This document shows, piece after piece, positions 1 to 13,070 of a stretch of DNA of 64,000 nucleotides. The stretch is from Guillardia theta CCMP2712 (Eukaryota; Protista; Cryptophyta), in assembly GCF_000315625.1 (NCBI RefSeq), contig NW_005434651.1:634218-698217 (forward strand), written 5' to 3'. The notes beneath the pieces were generated by a model that was not told the DNA's origin, did not search any database, and saw only the letters and a program-made list of their open reading frames with translations. Position 1 is the stretch's first letter. The number at the start of each line of letters is the position of its first letter. Made by a program: the position numbers and the translations under genes.

Positions 1-1171
1 GACCTCTGCGGCAATATGGGATTGAGGGAAGTTGGCGATCTGCTTTGCTCCTCCCACTCACTCGTGATGGCCCTGTCGAGGTCCAGGATGTTTGCGCGAT
101 CATTCTTCAACGCAGGATCCACCTGATACCCAGCTCACAAGTACGGACAAGCACGTGCAGCTCTTACAGCCCCGAGCTTCTCCATCTGCAGGACCAGCTC
201 CCTCATGTTCTTTGCACCTGGACATGAGCGCATGAGCGCAGGGAGGAAGGGGCGACAGGACAGACAACCAGCTCCTGACGCTGCTTGATACGTCATCGAG
301 GTCATCCACTCCACCCATCCCTTCTCGAACAGTCCCGCGAGCGCCTGCTTGTCGTGTCAACGGCAGCACGAGGGTATCCTCCGCCTTCACCATCAGCATG
401 AGTGAGACTGTACAGTTTCCACCGACATAGTCCCTGATGCCATCCTGAAGACCTACAGGACACCGTTCCATGTCACTTACTCGTGCTAGTAAAATGAGCG
501 TGACCTTTGTCGATCATCGCCCGGTTTACAGGATCCAGCACGATGATGGCATCATCCTTCATTCTCAAAGCAGAAGCAGCATCGATCCAGTATCCTAGGC
601 ATGCAGTCAACACCGTCCATTGACCACATCGTGATGGTTTCGCAGGGCCGAGGGTGCGGAGGAAGCAGGTAGACTGCAGACTGTAGGAGGCGCTTCTCCA
701 CCTTTCCATCCAGATTGACGCAGCTTGGGATGAACTTCGTTGGTGTAGTCACCTCCCTGGCAGGAAACTACGACATCCATGGCGGATAAGTCAGCAATGC
801 TAGAAAGCAGGGTCAGCCCCATCTTGCACGGATGTGATTAGAATCCCAAGACCTGAACGCGTCCACGAGAGGTGGGCTGCTTTGTCCCACGTTGGGTCCT
901 TGACCACCAACATTGGAGGTTGTGAAGAAGGTGGCTTCGAAGGATCCGTCAAAGTCTTTCTCCTCCATCATCCTCTCCAGCAGCACTGAACCAACCATCC
1001 CTCTCCATCCCACGAATCCAACCTGTGAAGCGGCGGCTGTCAGAGTCTACACTGCATGCGCAGCTGGCGCATGCCCTCCCCTCCCCCCTGCTCTTCTTCT
1101 CACTTCTGAGACCCCATGGCGCCTTGCACCTCCTGCTCCCTCCTCCCTCCTCCCCTTCTCACCTTCACCAT
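1..1171 (-). CDS. asd: Aspartate-semialdehyde dehydrogenase, proteobacterial type; multi-exon, 3' end outside window
   Basis: Spliced exons give MVK|VGFVGWRGMVGSVLLERM, VVSCQGGDYTNEVHPKLRQSGWKG, YWIDAASALRMKDDAIIVLDPVNR and YVGGNCTVSLMLM (catalytic Cys). ATG at 1171-1169 followed by a GT donor. Confidence 0.95.
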
Positions 1172-1896
1172 GGCGAGCGTACTGTGCCAAGGAGGCGGGG
1201 CCGCCTCCCTCTAGTTCATGAAAGTTGACTAAACATTGATGCTACCCGGAACAAGTACCCTTTCCTACTTGAGTAAATAATGTATCTACTTGAGTAAATA
1301 ATTTTTATGATTCTTCTGTAGGACAGCACTTTCAGGAGCTATGGGGTAAGGTAGGAAACAAAGTTTAGTCAAAATATTCTTACTACCCCTAGAATTAGTA
1401 AAGTAAAACATTTCTTCCGATTCACATAGTCCATTCGGAGGACAGCAAATCCCCTGCACGAGCTACCCCACCCCACCAACTAGAGGGTCATCCCTCGATT
1501 TTAGTCTATAATATAATATTACTTAACTTCCCTATTACATATTTTAGTTAATTATTTAAAGGAGTCCACCCCTCTGATTAGAGATTCCCACCCCTACCCC
1601 CAAACCCTCCTGTCACCACCCCTCGGGTCCTTCGCTGGCTAGGCACCCTCGGGGTCGACCTCCATCCTCTTTCTGAGAACCGTCCGGCTTTCGCTCTTTC
1701 CCTTCCTCCCTCCCTCCCTGCGTTCCTCCTCTCCCCCGCCTCCCTCCTCCCCCAACCCTTTCCCTCATTGCCTCCCACCTGCACGCTTCCCATTGCTCAT
1801 CCTGCACCAATTTGTCTCTTCTCCTCTTCATCTTCTTTTTGTGAACTGTTCGCTTTTTCTCCAGCTTGGTGCACCCGAACGTAACCTTCATAGACC

Positions 1897-4270
1897 ATGC
1901 CGCCTGTGCCGCTCTCGACAAGGATACCAGTGTCCTATGAACCCGTGGTGAAGAGCCGTATCCAGGTGCGCTTTCGAACATTTTGCTAGGCCTCTCTTGC
2001 CTCCTCGTCTCCTCTTACCGTGCATGCTTGCCGTGTGACAGGCCAAACTTGAGTTCTACCTTCCGAACGCGACAGACAGCGTAAGGAGTCTGGTCGTGGG
2101 GACGAACTTCGATGCTGAGAGATGTTGTGACAGGTGCTGTGTGACTATGTCATGGTCATGGTGGGGAATCAGAAGACTTCAGAGCAGATCGCTCAAGACC
2201 TGGATGTAAGGCTCGAGCTCGCTTGTTGTCCCTTGACGAGGCGGGTTAGGCTTTCCTGGGTCCAGACGAGGCCAAGGAGTTTGTTACCTGGCTCTGGGAG
2301 CTGTTGACCTCTGTGGAGAAGAAAACCATAGTGCTGACAGGTCTGTTTGGTATGGAGCACTGAACCGGGCCCTGACGCCCGACGGCACCCCAGATGAGGA
2401 GAAGAAGTTATCTCAAGCGGCTGCCGAGAACTCGAAGGCAGAAGAAACAAACACGTCGCGAGCCCGGTGCTTGTCTCCGGCTCATGTTTCCTCACTGATA
2501 GCCTGCATGGTTTCTCAGCTCCCGTTCTCGGTCGCGGGACAACTCCAGGTGATGGCTCGTTGCCTTGTTATCTGCTGCCTGCGATCCTTGACTGCTCTGT
2601 CCCAGGGAGAGAGATAGGAACATCTACAGGTTCTTTCTCCTCGAGGAATCTGAGGAGAAAATGAGATCGCTGTTGCAGTGAAACGGTTGCAACGTTCTCA
2701 CGGTCCCACCGGTCGCGAGACCGGTCGAGGTCAAGGTCAAGGTCTCGGAACAGGGATCGACAGAGGTACGTTGAGCCCTTACGCTGCGAAGACTTTATGA
2801 CAGAGACATGTTCAAAGGGATCAGGGTGATCGCAGAAGGGATGATTACCGGTAGAGTTAGAGAACGGCGCTCCACCCTTCCTTGATTGCATGTGCTCAGG
2901 GGTGAAGGATACGACCGGAGGAACTTCCGTGGTCAGATCTCTTCTCGCCTCCTGCGCGATGCTGTCAAGGTGATTGTGGAAGGAGGAGCGACGACTCTCG
3001 TTGACACTGCGCAGACCGCCTCACAACAGGATGAGGAGACCAGTAGGAGGCGGGGAGCCTATGGGAGCCGAAGCAGAGTCAGCGATGTTCGTGACGACGA
3101 CGAGTCGCGCAAAGAGTCTACTGCAGAGAACGATCCCATGATCGGGCGCTTCAGATCGGATGCAATCTTGGATGTGAGAAGAGCAGGCCACTGAACACGA
3201 TCCCTTCTCACTGGGACAGCAGGAGAGGAAGAAGTCTCAGGGCAGAGCTGGAGTACAAGCACTTCCATTGAGTGCCCTTGCTGCCGGTCAGAGGTTAGCC
3301 ATCAGCCTGAGCCAGTTTGACCATCATCGCAGACGACCTGAGGAACATTCTAGTGAAGAACCGCAAGTCAAACCAGGTGGGTAGCAACCCTTGTCTGCTC
3401 GAGTCTCTTTGGACCTCATTCTTGGTTCCAAGGCATCAAAGAATGTGAGCTCAGAAGTCAGCAAGCCCCAGGTGCCCCAACTATCCCTCGTTGAGCGCAG
3501 ATTCTGAGACGTTGACAGGAGGAGGGAGAGGAGGAGGGGCCCAAGGAGAGCAGTGAGAAGGTGGAATTCAATGTCACACTCCCCGATGAGGCCCTCAAGG
3601 TTTCGCCTCTGAGTTTCTTACGGCGGTCACTTCGTCTGATGCTCTTTTGTGCAGGACAAATCAGAGAATATTGATGTGGAAGACCTGGGAGAGGTATCAG
3701 TCATGCAGAGCTGACAAATCTCTCACACGCTGAAACCCTCCGTCCTGTCAGGGCTACCAACCTTACGAGGAGTACGATGCTTATGAAGAGTACCCCCCCT
3801 ACGAGTACTATCCCTACGACCCTCGCCGCGGAATGAGATCTCGCGGGAGGCCACGAGGAGCGTACGCATACAGAGGAAGAGGAGGCTTCTATGTACGTTT
3901 TGCTTCCACCCTTATCAGCCCTGATGTGCTGCAGCCAAGGGAAATATCGAAGCCACGAGGCATGGGAGCTGCTCGCGCTCGAGGTAGAGGCTCAAGTCAG
4001 CGGGTACGTCTGAGCTCCTATTCCCTCAGGTGGTGCCAGAGGTCGCGGCGGGACGTTCACGGCAAAGAAATGGGTCAACCCAGCCAAGGTCGAGCTGATG
4101 CAAGGAGATAGGGAGCTTGCTTCTTGACGGGGACTCAGGAGGGGCAGGCAGCAAAGTCGGAGGAGAACGGCGAGGCTGCTGGTACGGAAGGCAACCCTTC
4201 TAGCGCTGATGCCGCGAGCAGCCAGCCGGTCAAGGTAGAGAGAGAAGGTTGCAAGCACTGTCGTGTTGAC
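1897..4270 (+). CDS. Nab2/ZC3H14-like N-terminal PWI-fold protein with RS- and RGG-rich regions; multi-exon, 3' end approximate
   Basis: Spliced exons read VLCDYVMVMVGNQKTSEQIAQDLD|AFLGPDEAKEFVTWLWELL, resembling the ZC3H14/Nab2 N-terminal domain. Later exons encode an RSRSR tract and RGRGG repeats. No CCCH fingers seen. Confidence 0.7.
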
Positions 4271-5288
4271 CATGTGAGCACAGGTGACAAGAGCCAATGC
4301 ACCGGTAAGCAACTGCACCTGCCTCAACAGGCCCTTTCCCTCCTCTCGGTCACCTGCTCGATGTTAGCTGGGGTCAAATGCTCTCAGTCTGGCAATTGAG
4401 TCTTCCTCATCCACCATCATCTCATCATCTGGTCTTGTGCGCTGCTCATCACGGTCTCGACAGGTCATCGGAGTATTGAATCTCGACGGCGACCTGAGCC
4501 TGGTGGAGAAGCATGGCATGTACAAGGCTGCCAAGTGGGTGAAACCAGGACTGAAGACTCCAGAAGGAAAGCAACAGTCGACTTAGCCAGAGAGGCTGGG
4601 ACCCGCTCCTCGTGTCTCGCAGCAGAGGCTGCGAAAGTAATCTGATCATTTTGTGAAGGGGGTCTCTCAAGGAAGCTACTTTGAGGTCCTTGTCTTACCT
4701 GCAACCCCTGGTCTCCCCTCATGACAACATCCCCCATGTCTGTCCAAGGAACTCCAACGGCTCTCGTGAACAAGCCTGTCTGCTCCTCCATTCCTAGTCC
4801 TCACTAGCTGACGGAGTCATGACGGAGTCAGATAGAGAGGGCAGATTAGCGGTGACGGGAGTATCTCCCTCAAGAAGCAAAGAGCAACATCGCTAGATAG
4901 TGTTCTGAACATCTCAATCTCAGCATCACTTAACCAGCACCCACGTGTGACCTTGTTGTCACCGCGCACACAGTGACGACGACGACGAGCCCCGTGAGCT
5001 TAACTTGCTCAGTAGGGCTGTTGCTCAAAGACGAAGAACAGCAGTCTTTCTCTCATGTGCAGCTGGTGGACGAGAACGGGTCAGCCCTGGTCGATGAGCA
5101 ATCAAATCCACTATCTATCATGATAGGCTTTCAACATGTCAAGACTCGGATCAATTTATGATCGGAAATTGAAGTCTGAGCTTTCAGGCCTACGCTCTTG
5201 CTCCATCCTTGTCTGCATCAGCTTGCTTCCTACATGGACGGCCCTGAGGGTTTCAAAGTTAAACTCACATTGAGGGCTGGCAAGTCAA

Positions 5289-8200
5289 TCACATACCCTT
5301 AGCATGACGATCGATGTACTGGAGTAGAGTCAAAGTGATCTGTTGGTTTCGAACCTGATCCTTGTTCGACGTGTCCTTGGCGTTATGGAGAGCACCCAGA
5401 ACATTCTTCAGCATTTCCATGTAGAAGTCGTCCTCCTTCTCCGCATCTCCAGCGTGTTCCTTATACTTGATCCCCTTCGGTTGATACCGCTCGATGACAA
5501 ACTTCAAAACATCTTTCAAGCATTTATTGTGTTGTTTGAGGACTTTCAGCTCGGGAGCCAGCTCCATCAGGAATCGAGCATCTTCAGCTGATCTTTCATC
5601 GTCCATCTGTTCTTGCTTCAATGCTTGCTCTGCTCTTTGGTACCAATCCAACTCACAGAAGACTTGTGGATAGCACCCATCAGCCAGTTTTTTGCATCGA
5701 GAAAAAGCGTCTTGTGCTGCATCTTGGAAGTGAAAGATCTCTTCATACACTTTCCCTATCTCAGAGAGCAGCTCTGCTTGAATCTCTGGACAAAGTCCTG
5801 CTGTTGCCTCGATGCCGGACCTGAAAGCTACAAGAGCGTCGCAGACAGCATTCATGTCCATGTCCCCGTTCCGAGCATCCTTGTAATGACTCCTTCCCTG
5901 CGAGAGTAACATCAGACTGCTTGTTCTGGCCATGCTGTCTTTTTGCAAAGTCTTAATCTCCATGAAAGATTTCTCGAAGCCCTTGGTCATTGGAAGATTT
6001 CTGAGTAATTCATCAATCATGTTCACAAGGTCTGGAGTCAGCTGGATCAATTTGTACGAACATTCTAGGTCGTGGAGCTTTTTGCATTCGTCACAGGCGT
6101 ACTCAATGTAGGCAAGACCACAGATAATCCGAACTAAAGCATCAATGTTTGAATCATATGCAAACTCCCAGCAAATGTCAACAGACTTCTTCGTATCTTT
6201 AGAGATGTGATTGCTGCATCTCAATGATTTGTAGACTATGTTTACAGTCGTAGCAAGAACCTCTTCAATCCATTTCTTTCCTAGCGCACTGACATTCCCA
6301 TCCTGAACGCATCGACTTGCGCTCGTTAGAGCTTCTTTCAGTTTATCATAACGAGTTTCTGGGTCCGCTGCATCGCTCAGCAATATGAACGACTCAAGCG
6401 TAAGAAACTTGCGGGACGTCAATGACACAATCCTTGGATTGTTTCCATTTCCAGATAGAGCCTCTTGGTATGAAATGTCAGCCTTATTCCCAAAGGCTAC
6501 ACAGTATTGAGGATTTTCTCTTGCCTCAGCAAGAAGCCTGTCTCCCTCATCGATGCACTTCTGCCACTTTGGTTCGTTGAGTTCTTCTGAGTTGCATTCA
6601 TTGAATTGAATTCCATCAGACTGCCAGACGATTCTTGTATCATCCTTCGATTGGTTCTGACAAGAAGAATCAAACAAGACTCACAAACATGTAGGGAAAA
6701 GACTTGCAGTCAAAAAAGTAGTCAGACATGACAAGGAAATCAAACATAAAGAAAGTTGAGATGGATGGACAAAACAAGACATGTTGACGAAGTACATGAA
6801 TGAGAGTTAGTACCCGATCTTCGCAGCTTGAGTCTTCATTGATTTGAGTAAGTTTCTCTACTTCTGAAACATATGTGCTTGCACGATGATTCGATTCAAT
6901 GCTTGTGACAGAACCCATCGGGATGGTAGATAGATCACTCTCGTCTACAGATATTGTTATGGTTTTTCCGCATGGGCCGAACTCGCCAGCTTTGTCCAGA
7001 AAATACATAAGAGAGTCAGTGCTGTATGTACCCATTACCCTTCGTCTGTGAATATATTGAGCAGCTGCTGCTCCCGCACCTAAGAACAGAGCTCCCCCTC
7101 CCAAAAACAAAAGAGAAGATGCCATAAAACCCTCCACGGCCATTGCAGAGCCGGCAACGGCAATGCCCGATACTGAAGACATATCAAGGCTCCATTGATA
7201 TTCCGTGGTGAATTTGCTTTCAGCGAAGTCTACAATGAATCCTTGCAGTGCCATGGGAGTGACAGAATCGCTGCCATTTCTGAGCCGAAGAAGCCTGGGA
7301 ATGAAGTCTGAGCCATACACGTAGTTGCGGACTTCAAGCGGCTTCAACGCCTCCTCCGTCATGCCCTTCCCCAGCACCAGCGGAGCCCCGAAGGTCACAA
7401 CCTCCTTGTAGTCCGCTTTGATACTCGTTGACAGATGTAACGCTGCGCATGCAAGAGCAAGTGCCCCCCCATCAGAGTGTCCGCAGTAAACCAACCTCAC
7501 AAACTTCATCTTCTCAAGCTTCTCGGCAATAAGCTCATGACAGACTTTGTGGTAGTCCGCGCCCTTCTCTCGTATTGCTACGTACAGCTGCTTGCTGTAG
7601 GCGTCATGCATCTCAACTTGATGCTGTTTTGAGCTTCCGATGCTTCGAGATGATGTTGGGATGACAAAGTTGGAGCAAATCTCAGAAAGCGTCGGATTGG
7701 GTGTACCTCGAAACACAACAATCACATTCTGATCTTTTCGCAAGATTGCAAAGCTTGGTAATGACGGATTCTGTTCCACATGTAAGTACTCCAGCGCAAA
7801 CTTCTTTTCTTTTTCTAGGTTTTCCTTGAAGTCTTTTTGCTCTCGATATATCTCTGCTGAAAGTCTTGCGCAGCATAGATCTTTAACCGCACGCTTGTGC
7901 GAAATTTTTTCCATTTGGATTTCCCTTTGCTTCAAGTACTTGACTTTATCTTTCTCGCGTTGTTTTCGCTCCTCCTGACGCTGCTTCTCCCAATCGAGGA
8001 TGCGCTGAGCATGTATAGTCACGAGGTCATGGAATCTTATCGTCTGAGGAATGCGAAAATTGATTGACTCAGACCAGATGCTCAACCATTCATGCAGATC
8101 TTCGAACTGATGTCTGCTCAGCTTCTTCTCTGTCTCGTCATCGCTATAAATATAGTGGCAATCAAGGAAAAGCATTTGCTGTTGGCACAGCGACTCAACG

Positions 8201-8919
8201 ACGTGTGCAGGGACTGTATGGATCCCTCCATCCCCTCCGTCTCTCTGAAGGAAGGCTTTCAGTTGCTGCTTATACCAATGTTTCTGGGCCTCTGCTTGCA
8301 GCTGTCTCTGCATGATTGGTGACCCAACTGCTTCCTGGACCATAGCATGCAGGTTGTCACGTGCAGCTTGTTCAAGAAAACGCTCTCTTGCCCTCAATTC
8401 TTTAGTGCCCAATGAGAATTGGTTACGGATGATACACAACCTCGTCAGAGTCTTATCTTCTCCCTCCATCATCGCTTCTGATACCAAGGACATCAATCTC
8501 CGCAAAGCTCCATCCATTCGAGCATTGGACACGACCAGTAAAATCGCGTGAAAGGCATTGTTGTTGATGTGTTCACGAATGCGATCGAAGTTCTGTTCAT
8601 CTTCGCACTTCCCATCTGAGTCGTTTATCCCTGGTGTATCGCAAACACAAATCTTGATGTTGTTCTCATCCCCGAGATAATAGCCCTCCTTCTCTTCGCA
8701 AATCTTCGTTTGCGAAGCATAAGATCCGCTTGTCGCAAAGGGTTCAGTCCCTTTGTCCAGCCTCCCCGTGAGAAGAAAGTTACCGAGAGTCGATTTGCCC
8801 GAGCCAGTATCTCCGAGCAGCAAAACTCTCCGAGGAACTTGGAAGGATTTCTTCCGGGCCTCTACAAGCAGGTCGATCGACTCCTTTTTGCTTCTGTTTG
8901 ATAAATTCTTATACAAGCT
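5289..8919 (-). CDS. Probable single protein: AIG1/GIMAP-like P-loop GTPase + coiled coil + class-3 lipase + C-terminal helical (TPR-like) region; further upstream exons likely to ~9200
   Basis: G1 LLGDTGSGKST and G3 DTPG; lipase motifs VVFRGT, GHSDGG, TFGAP, DFIPRL. ORFs 6670-8916 and 5289-6677 join in frame through a phase-0 GT..CAG intron at 6813-6657 (CEDR|NQSKDD). Confidence 0.8.
7627..7668. repeat. 42-bp direct repeat copy 1 (copy 2 at 9897-9938)
   Basis: ttttgagcttccgatgcttcgagatga(t/a)gtt(gg/tt)gatgacaaa; 39 of 42 positions identical. Confidence 0.9.
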
Positions 8920-9896
8920 CTGGCAGTACGAAGAGATATTATTTCTCGTCGCTCATCAAGGAAGGATAATTGCTCACCCTTGATTTGCACATGTCCTGCA
9001 GTATCCTCAGATCCTGACTCTCGAGCTCTTCCCGGTATCGCTGCAGCCTTGTTTTGCTGTGGGACCAGTGTAAGGCTTTTTCCATCCGTGCAATGAGTCC
9101 AGCTTGTTGCTCGCGTTAGTTTTGCTGGGATGCAGCTATATTCTGCAAACCGGGATTCTCGTCTTGGACATCTTGCTCTCCGTCATGTTGTCCTTCATTT
9201 TCGAGATCAGAGCCTGCGGGTAAACTGATGATCTTTCCCTGAGGAATACTCAAAGTTAGCACGGACAGTTAGCACAAAACTTTCACATTGATCTGTGACG
9301 AGTCTGTCTGCTCTGATGATGAAGCAGCTACAAACCCCTTGGGCTTGCCTTCTGACGGTGCAGATCCATCTTCACCCCCGTGCATGCCTCCTGATCTCGG
9401 TGCTGTACCGCTCGTTTCCTAGCTGCTGGATGAAATAGGAAAAATAGGAGGCCATCTATATAATTGTAAGGGCCAAAGCTACTACGACGAGGTCCTAGCT
9501 ATGCCGGTTATAGGAAGCCTTAGCCTTCCAAACAAGAAAGTACTTGAAGGCGATCAATAGATCCTTGTGAAGGTATCAATTAAGTTTGGGGGACAGCAGT
9601 CGGCAGGATTAGGTTTGGTTCTCGCTGTCTTTTCTCTTCTCGCCGTTTGGCCTGTGCGACAGTGTCAGGGTCAGGCCTCCTCGACTCTCCTGATTGTCCT
9701 CGTACTGATTTTAACTTAACTTTGAGTAAAAAGATCCTTGTGTACGTATCCCATTGCTTCTGACACAGTTGTCAGCACCGTTTACCGGATGAATCTCCTC
9801 AGTGATCTCGTCTCGCCCCGGGGCCGGCCGGACCGTATGGCAGCCTGCCAGTGCGACAGTGCCTTTACTCAAGCATGGGTTAATCCTGGACCGTAC

Positions 9897-9938
9897 TTTT
9901 GAGCTTCCGATGCTTCGAGATGAAGTTTTGATGACAAA
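9897..9938. repeat. 42-bp direct repeat copy 2 (copy 1 at 7627-7668)
   Basis: 39/42 identical to a segment of the lipase-coding exon. Confidence 0.9.
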
Positions 9939-10181
9939 CGGCCCAGGCACGGGCCCGCGGCCTGGCACAGTGAAAATGAAAAGTTGCCGGGTAGCTCACT
10001 CCGAAGTTCTTCAATTTCCCCAGTGCGCGTCAGCTCAAAGGCCTCCCTGTCCTTCGCTGCCACTGGCATCATCGCGGGTGCCGAGTGCGTTCCGAAGTTC
10101 CGGTATGCGTCTGGGCGCCCCCCCGGGCCGCCCGGCCGCCGGGCCCGTGCCGGGCAGCTTGCCGGGTCTGGTCGTCGGCGA

Positions 10182-12950
10182 GGGGATGAGGTCGACAGGC
10201 ATGGGGAAGAGAACGAGAGAGCGGTCGATGGGGGGGAAGAAGGAGGAGGGAGGCGAAGTGGAGGAGACCATGCGCGATCTCTTCGAGCTAGTGAAGGTAA
10301 GCATGCTCTTTCCACATGGTCCGGACAGAATCTTCAGCCCTTCCTCGTCCTGATCCTTCACCCCTCAGTTCTCCTGCTCTCCATAGTGCAGTACTTTACC
10401 CATGATCCTCCTTGTTTCTCCTGGGTGTATGACGACGGTTCTGTCTTGCTTCTCCAGGAGGCAGGTACAAGCGCAAACGAGAAGGATCTTGGTACAGGGA
10501 GAGCGAAGAGCTTGATCTCCAACATCCAGTCGATGATGGGGCAGGCGCAGAGCTCGAAATCTGTCTCCACGGTGCTGCAAGCGGTGAGAGCATGGCGACA
10601 AAGATTGTTCTGCTCAATGAAGCTCCATGCAGGTTGCAGCTCAATGCAGCGATCCCGATGGATCACGAGCCGTCAAGATCATCCTTGGTGTGCTGAGCAA
10701 GTCGGACATCACCTCAGTACGGATTTTGTGGTGTTTGGGACGAATTCTCGCCTCCATGCATAACGAGCAGACTTCAGCATTCCACGAGGAGATTGTCAAG
10801 GTGAGGAGAGAAATCAATCATCCTTCCTCTCCTGTCTTCTGTCCCGTTCGATCTCGTGGTGACCCGATGGTCGCAGGCGCTGCAGGTGATCATGCAGCGG
10901 GTAGAGGGGAAGGCAGAGCTGGAGACGCTTCTTTTTGTCGTCGTCTGCCAGGTCCTCTTCGTCTCGGAGGATCAGACGAGAGGCTCTGACGTCATCGTGG
11001 GCTCAGGCGTGCGAGAGCAAGATGGGGATGGAGCGAGTCTCGAAACACAGTGAGATGGGACATCAAGCACACCATGCTGGGGAAGAGCGACCGGAGAAAC
11101 ATTCCCATCATGGCGTAGACGACGAGAGGATCTTCGAAGCAGACAGGAAGATGCTGAGTGGTTTTACCTCCTCGTCGCCTCCACGCATCCATGCTGATCA
11201 CCCTGTTGGAAGGAATCATCGGGATGGGAGAGCACAGCGGGGGAGCGCGGGACATTGCGAGTGGGCAGGACGCGGAGGACGACGTTGAGATGCAAGATGC
11301 CGCGAGGCAGTCCGAGAGCAACTCGACACTGGTGACTTACTCTCACACGTTGCCCTGATCCACGGTGACCCGAGCTTGCAAGGTCTGGAGGGAGAGGCTG
11401 ATTTCTATCTCCTCCCTGGCGCTCCTTGGCCCTTCCCCGCGGACTCTACAGGCACGCTGACCCTGTTGAGCTCCCATTCGGTGACTGACCCGACCAAGGT
11501 TGTTCATGACATGTGTAAGGACGATGCATCCCTGCTGGATCAGATATGGAGCAGAGCGTACACGGACCATGTGAGTTTGACGCTGAAAGATTGGACGGAG
11601 CATTCAATCCCGTTCACCGGCCCCCTACTCTCCCCAGTTGTTTCTTTCCTGAGTCTCCCTTGTCTTGACTTCTTTGGAATTTCCTCTTTTACCGGGCGCG
11701 TTGACCCTGGCTATCTGCAGATACTTCTATCGACCAACGGCCACTCCTTGAAGGACAGCTCCCATACCGAGTTCAACGAGGACGCTGACATGCCGCTGAT
11801 GAAGCTTTCCCTGCATGCTCCATCATTCTGCTCGCTGTTGCTGCCGTGAGCGAATCTCCTGCTCCTGCTCCTCCTACTCCTACTCCTACACCTACTCCTA
11901 CTCCTGCTCCTCCTGCTCCTGCTCCTCCATCTCCTTCTCCTACTCTTGCTCTTCCTCCTTCTGACACGTTTCAAGTCGATGCATCATCGCCCTGCGGGAA
12001 GTTTTGTGCAAGTCAATCGCTTCACAGCGCATGTCCCCTTGCCTTGTGGTACTCAAAGTTCCTGACGTTCTCCTGCCCTCCCCCTTCTCCCCCTTCTCCC
12101 CCTCAGTCTCTGCCCGCCTCTTCGCTCCCGGGACCCTCCTTCTCCCTCACCACGATCCTCAATTCCCCTTCTACCTCACCCACCACTACCTCTTGCTAAC
12201 TTTCACGCCTGCAGACCTTGAGCAAGCTCGTTTCCGAGTGGCTGAATTCGTCTGTTCGATTCCTGTCGACGCAGATCCCCCGAGGTAGCACTATCTTCCC
12301 GAGTCTTGTCCTGACTATCACTCCTCCCATTCCCAGTCGTTGACCTCATCTACATCTGCTCCCTGTGGCCTTACGAATTCTACGACGCGAGCGCGAGCGG
12401 CAATGCCCTGCTTGCAGACTTCATGATGGGTACTTGACCTTGAGACCTCGCCTCCCTCCTTGGCTGACGAGCTTCCAGCCCTCTCAGATGTTTCCCCTGC
12501 GGAGGATCAAGGTCCTGTCTCGCAGGAGGATATAGCGATTGTTAGCAAAGCTATCAAACAGCTGGACGCCCCCCGCAACGAAGTTGCCACGGACAAGCTT
12601 GCCCAGGTGCCTCGACATGGCTGATCTTGAGTAGTCACACGAGGAACAGATACTCATCGCAGCGTCTTCCCATGGCTGGATCCGACTATCACAGTCAGAC
12701 ATGGTGAGAGGGAGGAGCAGCTTGGTGTTGATTTCACATGCCTTGCAGGACACTGCAGTGAGTATGCTGGAGAGGAGGCCGATGATGGAGACGTTCATTT
12801 CGAGATATCCCATGCTTGTGAAGGGAATGGAAGACAGGAAAAAGTTGGTGTGATGATCGACTCTTTCTCTGTCCCAGCAGTTTGCAGGTAACTCAGAGCA
12901 TCGTTTTTGAAACAGCTCAGGGCCACTCAGGAGGGGAGATAAAGGTTGTA
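10182..12950 (+). CDS. Hypothetical multi-exon protein, probably alpha-helical
   Basis: Chain of coding-like exons bounded by GT/AG (e.g. LSKSDITSVRILWCLGRILASMHNEQ, WSQALQVIMQRVEGKAELETLLF); no family recognised. Confidence 0.45.
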
Positions 12951-13070
12951 GGCTGATGGTCGAGGAGGAGAAGGGAGGAAGAGAAGCTTCTTGATATTTT
13001 TTTCTGTTTGTAATCCTAACGATGAAACCAAAACGCTTGCTGTCTCCCTGACCTCTTCGCCCGTCAAACC

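Noticed and set aside
4400-5285. Possible small gene between the PWI gene and the GTPase-lipase gene
   Set aside because: Short coding-like stretches occur on both strands, but no consistent exon chain or motif could be supported
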